Origin: Microbacteriaceae bacterium
GTDB taxonomy: Bacteria > Actinomycetota > Actinomycetes > Actinomycetales > Microbacteriaceae
Reading direction: 5' to 3'
Length of the DNA: 64,000 nucleotides
Assembly (NCBI GenBank): GCA_014377425.1
Contig: JACMPQ010000003.1
Coordinates: forward strand, 8,952-72,951
How positions within the stretch are numbered: position 1 is the first letter of the stretch; each line of letters opens with the position of its first letter. Made by a program: the position numbers and the translations under genes. Shown here piece by piece: positions 46,969-56,627 of the stretch. Below the pieces are notes generated by a model, which saw nothing but the letters and a program-made list of their open reading frames with translations, was not told the DNA's origin and ran no database searches.

Positions 46969-48491
46969 TGGGCTTCTTTGCCCGGCGCAAAAACAGCTTT
47001 GACCGTGCGCCAGAGAATGAGCAGATCTCCCGTCATCGACCAGTTCTCGACGTAGTACAGATCGAGCCGGATGCTGTCTTCCCACGACAGGAGTGAGCGC
47101 CCGCTGACCTGCCACAGTCCGCTCATCCCGGGCTTCACAAAGAGTCGGCGATGTGCCGCCGAGTCGTAGAGGGCCACCTCGCCGTCACGCTGCGGCCTCG
47201 GCCCCACCAGACTCATATTGCCGAGAAACACGTTGAAAAGCTGCGGAAATTCGTCGAGCGAGTGTTTGCGCAGAACCGCGCCGATCGTGGTGATACGCGG
47301 ATCGTTTTGCACTTTGAACAGGGGCGTGTCGGCGGTGCCCTGAGCCAAGAGCAGGGCACCCAACTGGCTATCAGCGCTCAGCGCCATCGACCGGAACTTG
47401 AAAATGTTGAAGGCGGCCCCGTTGAGGCCGACCCGCTCCTGGCGATAAAGCGCGGGGCCGGCGCTCGTCATTCGCACCAAAATCGCGATTGCGAAAAGAA
47501 TTGGCGACAGCGCAGCAATGAGAAGTGCGGATCCGACAATATCGAAAGCCCGTTTGGAGAACTGTTTACCCCCCTCAAATCTCGGCATCTCGACGTGAAT
47601 GAGGGGAAGTCCCGCCACCGGACGGGTGTGAATTCGCGGCCCACCGATGTCGGTGAGGCTCGGTGCAACTACCAGATTGTGCCGCCCGGGCTCGAGGCTC
47701 CAACTCAGTTCGCGAATGCGTTGGGCAGACAACTCGTCGCTGCTGGTAACCACCACGGTGTCGGCACCGCTCGTTTCCAACACCACGAGCAAATCCCCGA
47801 AGGTGCCTAACACGGGGATGGCGGTGCCGTTGAGTGTCTGCAACCCGTGGCCGTCGGGAAGACACGCTCCCACCACGCGGTATCCGGCCTCCACCTGCCG
47901 CCGCAGCACGTCGGCGACGTGGCCCACGGATTCCGCCGAACCCACCAAGAGCACCGTCGAGGTAAATCGCCCGAGCTGGCGCTGGGCGGCCAACCACTGT
48001 CGCCAAATCCAGCGGGAGATGAGCAAAAACACCAAGCCAACCGGAAGCGCCAACAGCACGTAGCCGCGAGCGAGTTCCAACTTCAGCAGGAACGCCGCGA
48101 TCGCGATGAGCCCAAACAGCCGCAGCGAGGCGTCAGAAATTCGGCGATATTCTTCCGGACCAGAGCCAAGCACCCGGGAATCGCGGCTTCCAAAGAAATG
48201 CAGAATGAACATCCAGCCGAGGATGATCGCCGCCGACACCCAGGAGTAGGAGATTGCGACCTCGGAGGATGATGCGTCGACATTGTCGCGACTGGTAGCG
48301 ACACCGATCCACTGCAGCTGCACTCCGATGACGACCCAGCAGAGTACCAAAAGGTCTGTAAAGGCCAGTCGGCGTGCGTATCGTCGGTGCCAGTCCGTTC
48401 CGGCCGCACGAGTGTTCGAAATTTGCGAACTGACACAAAAATCACCGTCAATGTTAGGTGCCTGCTTCGTGAGATCCTTCAGCCCGGTCAC
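46965..48491 (-). CDS. Polyprenyl-phosphate glycosyl-1-phosphate transferase (WbaP/CpsE-type sugar transferase)
   Basis: 508 aa with N-terminal TM helices and a C-terminal bacterial sugar transferase domain (PGMSGLWQVSGRS, DSIRLDLYYVENWS). Confidence 0.9.
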   Translation of the reverse strand: MTGLKDLTKQAPNIDGDFCVSSQISNTRAAGTDWHRRYARRLAFTDLLVLCWVVIGVQLQWIGVATSRDNVDASSSEVAISYSWVSAAIILGWMFILHFFGSRDSRVLGSGPEEYRRISDASLRLFGLIAIAAFLLKLELARGYVLLALPVGLVFLLISRWIWRQWLAAQRQLGRFTSTVLLVGSAESVGHVADVLRRQVEAGYRVVGACLPDGHGLQTLNGTAIPVLGTFGDLLVVLETSGADTVVVTSSDELSAQRIRELSWSLEPGRHNLVVAPSLTDIGGPRIHTRPVAGLPLIHVEMPRFEGGKQFSKRAFDIVGSALLIAALSPILFAIAILVRMTSAGPALYRQERVGLNGAAFNIFKFRSMALSADSQLGALLLAQGTADTPLFKVQNDPRITTIGAVLRKHSLDEFPQLFNVFLGNMSLVGPRPQRDGEVALYDSAAHRRLFVKPGMSGLWQVSGRSLLSWEDSIRLDLYYVENWSMTGDLLILWRTVKAVFAPGKEAH

Positions 48492-49105
48492 TGCGCCGAC
48501 CCACCCTGAAGTGACGCCCTGAGTTCCTTCACGATGGTGTCTACCGATTCAGAAATTTGCTCACCGGCCCGCTGGTAGTCACTCACGGAAAGGCGATACG
48601 GATCGCTGACGTCATCGGAGGCGCCATCCGCGGGCGGCGCGAAGGCTCCTCGATTGCGGGCGACTTCTGCGACGACATCGCGAAGTGCTAGCAGCGGGTC
48701 TGAAGTGAGCGGAACAAAAGACGCACTTTGATGGCTGATGAGCCGCGCGAATTGGTTGAGGGTGAAACTGTAGGAGGCTGATTTTGGATCGAGCCGCGCG
48801 ACCTGTGCTCGATGCTCTTTCGTGGCGCTGATCACCAAATCAGCGCTCGTAATCATTTCAGCAGTCAATTGGCGCGCGGAGTGCTTGGCAGTTCGTTTCA
48901 GCCCAAACCCCGCGGCCACATCCCAGATCTCGTCGGGCGCGTCCTGGCCAGCCATCGCTCCTGTTCCAGCGCTTCCCACCTTGATGAGCTCTCCCATCGA
49001 CAATCTTTCGATAAGAAGCCACTGGGTAAGCGGCGAACGGCAAATGTTGCCAGTACACACGGTAAGAATTTCAAAAGGCCGCAACTCGGCTAGTTGCGAG
49101 GTCAC
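48488..49105 (-). CDS. Low-molecular-weight protein-tyrosine phosphatase
   Basis: CTGNICRSP P-loop (CX5RS) and a DP motif (VSDPY). Confidence 0.9.
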   Translation of the reverse strand: MTSQLAELRPFEILTVCTGNICRSPLTQWLLIERLSMGELIKVGSAGTGAMAGQDAPDEIWDVAAGFGLKRTAKHSARQLTAEMITSADLVISATKEHRAQVARLDPKSASYSFTLNQFARLISHQSASFVPLTSDPLLALRDVVAEVARNRGAFAPPADGASDDVSDPYRLSVSDYQRAGEQISESVDTIVKELRASLQGGSAQ

Positions 49106-49294
49106 AAGGATATCGAGTCAGCAAACATTGAAAACGGGAAATGTTCTACCGAATGAATTTGTGCGATTGATAACATTTGGATGACATCCCCCAGACCGAT
49201 CTGCGATTTACGCCCCAAGTTTGGCACACTTTCAAAAATCCAATTGATAGCCCTCGCGTTGCCCCGATGCCAAATTGTTCGCTAGTTTTAATCG

Positions 49295-49975
49295 GTGGTT
49301 CGTGCGATACAAATGAGGGTTTTTCTCGGTTTCGTTGGAGGCGTAATCGGGGTGTTCACAGCACTAAGGATCCTGAGCGTTGTACCCGAAACTCCCGGTC
49401 TCGGAAGTGTGGCCCTCGGGTACGGCGTCGTTTGGATTCCCTTACTTACCGCGGTCGCATTTGTCACTTCGACCCGGGGCGCCGACTCATTTTGCGATAG
49501 CGTCGGTGCAAAATTCCGCCCCATCGATTTGCTCTGGGGCATTTCTGTCGGTCTTCTCTTGCGAGTGTTTGCCAACGTCGTCGCGGTTGTGGTGACAGGG
49601 CACCTGCCGTCCCCTGCGGTGTCGCTCAACTCTCCAGAGTTCGGGATCATTTACTTCCTTACTTCAATTGTGGCTCCGATCATAATCGCGCCTGTTGTCG
49701 AAGAGCTGTTCTTCCGTGGGCTGGTATTGAGAGCCATATTCGACCGCAATCGACATAGGCCGCTTTTCAGCTACAAAGCCTTACTAGCCCTTATATCGAG
49801 CACCTTCTTTGCCGTTATGCATCTCACACAAGAGACAACGACAACCCGAATTCTCGTTACTGGCATCACGCTGTTCGGGTTCAGCATCGCCACCTCCATT
49901 CTCTCAATGAGCACTCGAAGACTGGGTGGATCGATCGTCGCACATGCCGTCTTTAACGGATTAGCGATCAACTGA
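49295..49975 (+). CDS. CPBP-family intramembrane endopeptidase (second copy)
   Basis: EELFFRGLVLR, FFAVMHL and HAVFNGL motifs, with about 6 TM helices. Confidence 0.85.
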   Translation: MVRAIQMRVFLGFVGGVIGVFTALRILSVVPETPGLGSVALGYGVVWIPLLTAVAFVTSTRGADSFCDSVGAKFRPIDLLWGISVGLLLRVFANVVAVVVTGHLPSPAVSLNSPEFGIIYFLTSIVAPIIIAPVVEELFFRGLVLRAIFDRNRHRPLFSYKALLALISSTFFAVMHLTQETTTTRILVTGITLFGFSIATSILSMSTRRLGGSIVAHAVFNGLAIN

Positions 49976-50101
49976 TTATTAGATATTTTTTATTGACATC
50001 AATTCTGTTTTTGCAAATTTACGAAGATCATATACGTTTGAGTATATCGTGAAGGCTCGTTTAGGTAATTAACCGAAATCTCATCCCGAAAGTAAGCAAT
50101 A

Positions 50102-51445
50102 CTATTTATTAAACATGGTGCGAACCAGCAAATTTTTTTGCAATTTGTGCGAAATCGCACTGTTTCTGACCAACGGAACAAGAGCCCTCGAGCTGTCTAG
50201 TAGACGACGTCTCAGCAATAATCGGTCACTGGAAATGAGTCTTTCTGTTTCGATTCGCTTTTGAAGTTGGATATCTGAAACCGATATGGATATCGCCGCT
50301 GCGATTCCTTGCTGGGCGCTCGAAAGTGCCATCTGAGCCAGCTCTCGAGCACGCCCGGAAGTTTTCGATTGCTCAGAATCTCCGAGTGCGGTCTCAATAG
50401 CAGAATTGAGATCATCGGGAGCAACGCCTATTGGCATTGTTTCGGCCCACGTCCTGCCGTAATTGACCAACTTCTGTAACTCTAAGCCGACGCGAGGAAC
50501 ATCATATGCTGAGGAAATAATCAGACCGTGTAGAGATGTGCCTACCCACAAACCTGACTTAGCGATCTCGTCGACCTTTGATATCGGGTCGAGCGCCTGA
50601 GATAACGACAACTCCCGACCGTTCGATTGTTCCTTAAAGGAACGTTGCAGTCTCCGATAAAGATCATTGCTATCGTGCCCGCGTGCTGAGCCCGCACTAA
50701 AAAGTCTAATTTCAAAGTTTCTCAGTTCACGACTACTTGCCAATATCGCAGCGAAGTTGTCGACGCCAAACTCCCTCAAAATACTCGCTTTTACCTGAAC
50801 CAACGCAATATGGTCCGCCGCTGCACCATCAGGTTGATGAGAAAGGAGTATTGATTGAATGAGATCAGGCGCAAGAATGTGCTCCAGAGCTAGATCGTTG
50901 AGCAGATCGCTAGAAGCCCGGTCGCGAACGGAAATGAACGTGGCCTCTCGCAGCGCATGGATTACCTCTTGGCGATGCGTTCCACGCAGGGCTCTCACGC
51001 CGCTCAAACCAACCGAGTTCACAACCAGAGTGGACCTCAGCGTCTCTGGCAACGCCGACATTCGAGGAAGATAAGGCGATGCAGTATCGCTCAGCCCCGA
51101 TAATTCGGTAATTCGACGCCTTCGCTCGGATCTGGAAAGCTGTTGGCATTCGTCAAATAGCTCCTCTGACGAGGACATTCGAAATGCGTCCTGGACTGTC
51201 GTTCCCCCAACTTCACCGCCCACCACCCAAACCAGCTCGAATCTGCTTTCTTGTGCGGCTTGAACGTATCCCCTCACATACCCCGGTAATGCGACGCTAC
51301 CCGTTGACGGGAACGGTGCTGAGGCAGTGATGTCTAGGGGAAATTCTTCTAGATATCTCCTCGTTTCGGACAAAAACAGGAGATCCCCGAAATTATCTCT
51401 TTCGAAGGCCCCCATGAGTGCCGCTCGTAAAATGCTATTTGTCAT
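50102..51445 (-). CDS. Polysaccharide pyruvyl transferase family protein
   Basis: 447 aa. The N-terminus GAFERDNFGDLLFL and the overall layout resemble CsaB/WcaK-type pyruvyl transferases. Confidence 0.7.
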   Translation of the reverse strand: MTNSILRAALMGAFERDNFGDLLFLSETRRYLEEFPLDITASAPFPSTGSVALPGYVRGYVQAAQESRFELVWVVGGEVGGTTVQDAFRMSSSEELFDECQQLSRSERRRRITELSGLSDTASPYLPRMSALPETLRSTLVVNSVGLSGVRALRGTHRQEVIHALREATFISVRDRASSDLLNDLALEHILAPDLIQSILLSHQPDGAAADHIALVQVKASILREFGVDNFAAILASSRELRNFEIRLFSAGSARGHDSNDLYRRLQRSFKEQSNGRELSLSQALDPISKVDEIAKSGLWVGTSLHGLIISSAYDVPRVGLELQKLVNYGRTWAETMPIGVAPDDLNSAIETALGDSEQSKTSGRARELAQMALSSAQQGIAAAISISVSDIQLQKRIETERLISSDRLLLRRRLLDSSRALVPLVRNSAISHKLQKNLLVRTMFNK

Positions 51446-51500
51446 GGGTGTCTTTTCATCTCTGGTTCGAGGGTGGTTAATTGATTGCCAATGACCCTAA

Positions 51501-52988
51501 TCACGAACGTGACAACGCCATACGAATCGTTTTAGATACAAGCTTTAAATCCCGCCTGACCGGGGGAACTGCAATTGCACCGGCGTACACCGCAATCACC
51601 GAGACGACAGCGGCGGCCAAACTGAGAAGATTCCCCAGGGCCGCAGTCATCTGAACAATTGCAAACGACCCACCCGCGGCTATCAATGCGACCGACAGGA
51701 GGCGTATTGCCTGGGTCAGAAGGGGTCCTGAGTAAATATTTGCCGATTTTGTTGCCCAAGTTAACGCAATTGGCCAGGCAAGGCAGACCGCTAGCGCATA
51801 CCCGGCCGCAACCCCGATCGGACCGAACCAAACCAAACTGATGACGCATAACGTCTTCAAACACAGCGAAACCAAGCTGAAATTCGTCAAGGCCTTGCCG
51901 TTACCTTTCGCCACAAAGATCCAATTAGCAACACCGGAGAGCTGCTGCATCGTCCCGGCCGCTGCTAACAACGCCACAACTGGTGACGCACCCGACCACT
52001 CCAACCCGAGCGAAATATTCACTATGGGAACCGAAGCGCCCACGAGAAGAGCACCAATGGGTGCGATCAGGTAACCAATCACAGCCTGACCGCGAAGCAC
52101 ATACCCCTCAAATTTTCGCGAGTCGTCGCGAAGCAATGAAAGTGCAGGGATTGCTACCGCTGTGGCGGGACTTTTTAATTGATTGAGAGGAGACATTACT
52201 AGCTGAAAAGACCGAGTATAGATTCCCACTGAATATGGGCTGGAGTACAGTCCTAGCGCTACTGTGTCGAAGTTGTTTCCCGCATAGGTAAGAGCTTGTG
52301 AAATTGTCATCTGGCCACCGAACTTGACTATCGGCCAGACCCCACTTGATCTTTGAGGACGACGCGGGCACCAACCTCCTGCCCAAATCGTGAGCACCAT
52401 AGTAACCACTGATGTCACCATTAACTGCAACACGAGTGCCCAGTAGGTTAGGCCACCGATTGCGCCAGCAATAGCAACCGCGAGCCCCAGCACGGGAGAA
52501 ATCGCATCGATGCCTGCCATTACCGCGAACCTCATTTGGCGATTCAGGTTAGCCCGATATTGAGAAGTTATCCCCCCCAAGAAAAACACCGATGAAAGAA
52601 ATGGAAGAATCCCCTGAAGTTGAGGAACTCCGAAACTAGCAGCGATAACACTACTAAAAACGGATACCAGAATCATTAGAATCAGCCCAAAAGCGACACT
52701 GATCCAAAAGAGGATATCGCGTTGAGCCGCCGTAAGCGTCGAGCTCCGGATAGCTGCTGACGACAAACCAGCGTCCCTCAGCACCTCACCTAGGCCAACC
52801 ACGGTCGTGGCAATGGCTACATAGCCGAACTCCGCAGGGCTAAGAAACCGCGAAAGCACGACGAGGCCGACCATCTGGGTCAAGACCTTCACGCTTTGGC
52901 CCATAAACATCCATCGCGCACCACGCGCTGTAACAGCACCTATTGCTCCGACGGCAGAACGTCCTGATTGAGAATCGATCAAGGACAC
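51501..52988 (-). CDS. Wzx-type oligosaccharide flippase (MOP superfamily)
   Basis: 495 aa with about 12-14 TM helices, placed in a glycosyltransferase cluster. Confidence 0.8.
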   Translation of the reverse strand: MSLIDSQSGRSAVGAIGAVTARGARWMFMGQSVKVLTQMVGLVVLSRFLSPAEFGYVAIATTVVGLGEVLRDAGLSSAAIRSSTLTAAQRDILFWISVAFGLILMILVSVFSSVIAASFGVPQLQGILPFLSSVFFLGGITSQYRANLNRQMRFAVMAGIDAISPVLGLAVAIAGAIGGLTYWALVLQLMVTSVVTMVLTIWAGGWCPRRPQRSSGVWPIVKFGGQMTISQALTYAGNNFDTVALGLYSSPYSVGIYTRSFQLVMSPLNQLKSPATAVAIPALSLLRDDSRKFEGYVLRGQAVIGYLIAPIGALLVGASVPIVNISLGLEWSGASPVVALLAAAGTMQQLSGVANWIFVAKGNGKALTNFSLVSLCLKTLCVISLVWFGPIGVAAGYALAVCLAWPIALTWATKSANIYSGPLLTQAIRLLSVALIAAGGSFAIVQMTAALGNLLSLAAAVVSVIAVYAGAIAVPPVRRDLKLVSKTIRMALSRS

Positions 52989-53058
52989 GGGAAATATATT
53001 CTTACGTGCGAGATCCGAGCCTGTTTTACATACGAAATGAGGCGAATCGTCAGAATCG

Positions 53059-54243
53059 TCAATGGCATCTCAAGATCAACCTATCTCGCAACTCAGTGCA
53101 TTTGCTCTCGACATATTCTTCCAAGCGGAGATTAATCGCATCCGCTGATGAGTCGTTCACGGTGAACGGTTGAGATTGTACAAACCATTCCGAGAGTTCT
53201 TTCGACGACGAAGCGTCGACCTGAACGAGCTGATTTCCGGCGAACTCAGATATCTCGTCGAGTGCTTGGCTTTTTTGTGTAACCACTTGCATTCCGCAGG
53301 CCAACCCCTGCCAAACCTTGTTCGCGATTACCGATCGGGCCTTCGGCGAAGGTCCAAAAATCCCCAAAATGACGTCGTACTGATGAATGTGAGCTAGAAG
53401 ATCTACTTCTCTCACCGGTTCCACAAATTTGCATCGCGAGGAAATCCCCAAGGAGGACACAAGTTCGAGGGCACGACGTTTTTGACGCCCATCCCCGATC
53501 AAAGTGAGTGCGATCTCACGCCGCCTAGCAGCTAAGGAGACAGCCTCAAGGATGAGTGGCACGCCATGAAGCGGTAGGAAATTTCCGTAGTAAAGCAACC
53601 GGAGTGGAGGTTTGCCCGCGCCCTGGTCCCCAACGGCTCGCAATGGTGGGACTCCCAGCGAGGGCGTCGCCCAGGGAGGGGCCCCGACCGGTACGGACAA
53701 GGCGGGAGACTTCAGAAGAAACTTCTTTGTGAGATTATTTGCGCGCAAATCCGTATCAGAAAATACTTCATCCGCTAGCGTCACAGCTACCCAATCAGCG
53801 ACCTGATAGCCAATTCGTCGCACGAAGGAAGGTTTCGAAAAACTATTGTCTTCGATCCTTGTCTCATGCAGACCTACAAACCAATCGACGGCGAAAATCG
53901 CCCCACGCAACCTAGCCGCGAGCCAGCCTAGAATAGCAAATTGAAGCGAGAATTCCGAAAGGATAACTACATCAGTCTTTGTTCGCTGACGAACTGTGAA
54001 ATTAAGTAACCGAACAAAGTTTCTTAAATACCCTCGTGTGGGTTCGATTGGCAGCACATCGACACGATCACCGTGGGTGGCTATAAAGAAGGTACGAAGT
54101 CGCCGGTTACGCGGGTAAGCGAGATCATGAACTCCAAAATAAAGAATGTTCAGCCGTTGAGAATCGCTCTGTCGAGCCTTTACTTCATACGGGGCTTCTT
54201 CGTACTGGACTACTTCATACGGGCTAGCATTTTTGTCAAACAT
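53059..54243 (-). CDS. Glycosyltransferase (GT-B fold, GT1/GT4-like)
   Basis: 394 aa. The C-terminal half has the GT-B donor-binding pattern (LLYYGNFLPLHG, ALTLIGDG), but the EX7E motif is degenerate. Confidence 0.65.
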   Translation of the reverse strand: MFDKNASPYEVVQYEEAPYEVKARQSDSQRLNILYFGVHDLAYPRNRRLRTFFIATHGDRVDVLPIEPTRGYLRNFVRLLNFTVRQRTKTDVVILSEFSLQFAILGWLAARLRGAIFAVDWFVGLHETRIEDNSFSKPSFVRRIGYQVADWVAVTLADEVFSDTDLRANNLTKKFLLKSPALSVPVGAPPWATPSLGVPPLRAVGDQGAGKPPLRLLYYGNFLPLHGVPLILEAVSLAARRREIALTLIGDGRQKRRALELVSSLGISSRCKFVEPVREVDLLAHIHQYDVILGIFGPSPKARSVIANKVWQGLACGMQVVTQKSQALDEISEFAGNQLVQVDASSSKELSEWFVQSQPFTVNDSSADAINLRLEEYVESKCTELRDRLILRCH

Positions 54244-55474
54244 GATCGCTGTGTGTTCTCGGCCGGCGAAGTTTCATCGATATTGCCTGCAGATAAATGG
54301 ATTCTAGAACCGCCGATACGGATGTAGAAAGTGGAATTGTTGACCTGCGGAAATTTGGGATCGCTGCGAATACCTCAAGGATTGAGTCGGCCCAGACTGC
54401 GACATTTCGAAAGTCATTCACCAGCAGGTAATTGCCGCCGTATAGTTTAGTCACTTCGGGAAGTCCGCCGACTGCCGAAGCGATTAACGTCCTTCCGGCG
54501 AGCAACGTTTCGGCCGCGACCCTTCCAAATGGTTCCTCCCACTGGGTGGGCACGATGACTGCGTTGACAAGCGAGTAGAACTGCTCTGGAGAGATCACCC
54601 CGACCGCGGTGATATCGCGATCTTCGGCCACTACAGCCGCTAGTAATAACAGCTGCGCCGTGGACCCCGTCCCGGCGACTATGAGCTTCAGCCCCGCTGA
54701 TGGAGCGAGGTCTCGCGCCTGCTTGAACGCCTCTACAGCGACCCAGGTCCCCTTCTCATGAGAGATTGTCCCGAATAAACCAAAAATCTCACGACCTTCT
54801 GTCTGATTCTCGAGCCTCGCCGGTTTCGTCGGTTGATTGTAAACGGTGAAAACTTCGTCGGTGTTGGTCACTGACCCTGCCGCGCGGTGCACTCGAACCA
54901 TACCGTCACTCACCGCGGCAAATACCGTCGGCCGTGACTTGCATAACCTGAAGGAAAGGCGCCGTAACCCGCAAAGTGTTCGCGCTTTGGCGCAGCTTTT
55001 ACCGTTGTGATCTGCAGTCGTTTTCAGACAGATTAGGTAGTAATCTCGCAAACTTTGCACGCTTGGAAGTCCTCGAACGGCGAGCCAAGCAACCCACCCT
55101 ATTCCAGCGAGATTATGAAGGTGAACGACGTCCGGATTGAATCGTACGAGTTCGCGACGTAAGAATCTCAGCGTTGGAACTCTTGACATTTCAGCCAGGT
55201 GAAAACGGACTTTTTGGCTCAGCGAAACGTTCACATTGCCGGCTTGAAACGGGATGAAGGCCCGGCTTCCAAAACGGATGATCTCTACACCACCGATATG
55301 ACTGACTGTTGTCCCTTCTGATTTCGGGCCGATAGTAAGTATTCGGACTGAAATACCCTGAGAGGTCAATTCCTCCGCTAGCTCTTGAAGCGATCGTTCA
55401 GCACCCCCCAAAATCCACGGAGCGTAGGAGGTCGAAATCATCGCAACACGTCGTAGCGCCAAGGGTTTTTTCAC
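54236..55474 (-). CDS. Glycosyltransferase family 4
   Basis: N-terminus ISTSYAPWILGGAERSLQEL and C-terminus EEPFGRVAAETLLAGRTLIAS (EX7E). Confidence 0.85.
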   Translation of the reverse strand: MKKPLALRRVAMISTSYAPWILGGAERSLQELAEELTSQGISVRILTIGPKSEGTTVSHIGGVEIIRFGSRAFIPFQAGNVNVSLSQKVRFHLAEMSRVPTLRFLRRELVRFNPDVVHLHNLAGIGWVAWLAVRGLPSVQSLRDYYLICLKTTADHNGKSCAKARTLCGLRRLSFRLCKSRPTVFAAVSDGMVRVHRAAGSVTNTDEVFTVYNQPTKPARLENQTEGREIFGLFGTISHEKGTWVAVEAFKQARDLAPSAGLKLIVAGTGSTAQLLLLAAVVAEDRDITAVGVISPEQFYSLVNAVIVPTQWEEPFGRVAAETLLAGRTLIASAVGGLPEVTKLYGGNYLLVNDFRNVAVWADSILEVFAAIPNFRRSTIPLSTSVSAVLESIYLQAISMKLRRPRTHSDHV

Positions 55475-55478
55475 GTTT

Positions 55479-56615
55479 CTATTTCGGGACGTGAGCAGAG
55501 CTGATCCGGTGATCAGTTATCGCGGTGAACACAATCTCGGCACTTTTTTTCCAAGAAAAGCGATTCTCTACCGAAGCACGTCGAGCTACCCGCGTGGCTT
55601 CGTCTGCTGGGCGGAACTGATGAGAGGCGATGAATGTGATTTCATCCGTCCAGGCGCGCACAGACCGAGGATCAAGGTAAGTAGCGAAGTCGCCGCAGAC
55701 CCAATGGAGAACTGTGATGTCCGAGACGATCAAGGTTGCGCCGCTCGCTAGCGCCTCCAGGGCGGGTAGTCCGAATCCCTCGTCGAGGGTCGGAAAAAGT
55801 ACGGCCTTTGCGCCGCAGTACAGCGTCGCGAGTTGCTCATCGCTGACGAAGCCCAGATGAATAATCCCCTCAGGTATCGGTTCTGAGCGACCCGCAAACA
55901 CAACTGATTCCCCGGGTCCCACAACAACTAAGGGGAGAGCTTGACGTAAATCTTTTGCCACTAGCGCGTAAGCGGCATAGAGGTGCCCCAAATTTTTTCT
56001 CGGGTCTGCACTTGAGAGAGCCAATAAAAAATTACCCGTTGTGAGGTCAAGTCTTTCCAGTGAATTTTCTACTGCGGAAGCATCCTGCGTCTGAAGGAAA
56101 AATTGGGCCGGAGCGTTTGGGGCGACAATCACCCGAGCTCTGCACATTTTGAGCGCACGGAGCTGCTCTGCCACGGGTTCGCTCACCGCGACGATCAGAG
56201 CCGCGCTGCGGATTTGCCAGTACAGGGCAAAAGAATGCGTTATTCGATACGCACGGCTAAACCACTCAGGGTGATTTAAAACGAATAGATCATGAATAGT
56301 GACCACATGACGCCAGGAAATAAATGGGCCACGGCTCGTTAACGTCAATAGATAGCTACCCTTGGCGGTGCACATAGCAAGAGTTTGAGCCCATCCCCAG
56401 CACAGCACTCGACTGTGCTGGAAATTTTGCGGTACTACACGTTCTTGGATGGACGTGTTGCCGAGTTGCACTAATTCGGTTGAAAGCTCTGACGCATATC
56501 GTTGCTGGCCTGTCACTTGCTGGCCACGAAATGATCCGTTAATAATTAGCTGGAGGCGCGAGTTATTAAATTTCTCGGATCGGAGTGCGCCAGAGGCTGA
56601 GTTGAATTGCGGCAT
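55479..56615 (-). CDS. Glycosyltransferase family 1/4
   Basis: DEGFGLPALEALASGATLIVS (EX7E). Confidence 0.85.
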   Translation of the reverse strand: MPQFNSASGALRSEKFNNSRLQLIINGSFRGQQVTGQQRYASELSTELVQLGNTSIQERVVPQNFQHSRVLCWGWAQTLAMCTAKGSYLLTLTSRGPFISWRHVVTIHDLFVLNHPEWFSRAYRITHSFALYWQIRSAALIVAVSEPVAEQLRALKMCRARVIVAPNAPAQFFLQTQDASAVENSLERLDLTTGNFLLALSSADPRKNLGHLYAAYALVAKDLRQALPLVVVGPGESVVFAGRSEPIPEGIIHLGFVSDEQLATLYCGAKAVLFPTLDEGFGLPALEALASGATLIVSDITVLHWVCGDFATYLDPRSVRAWTDEITFIASHQFRPADEATRVARRASVENRFSWKKSAEIVFTAITDHRISSAHVPK

Positions 56616-56627
56616 CAGATCACCCCA

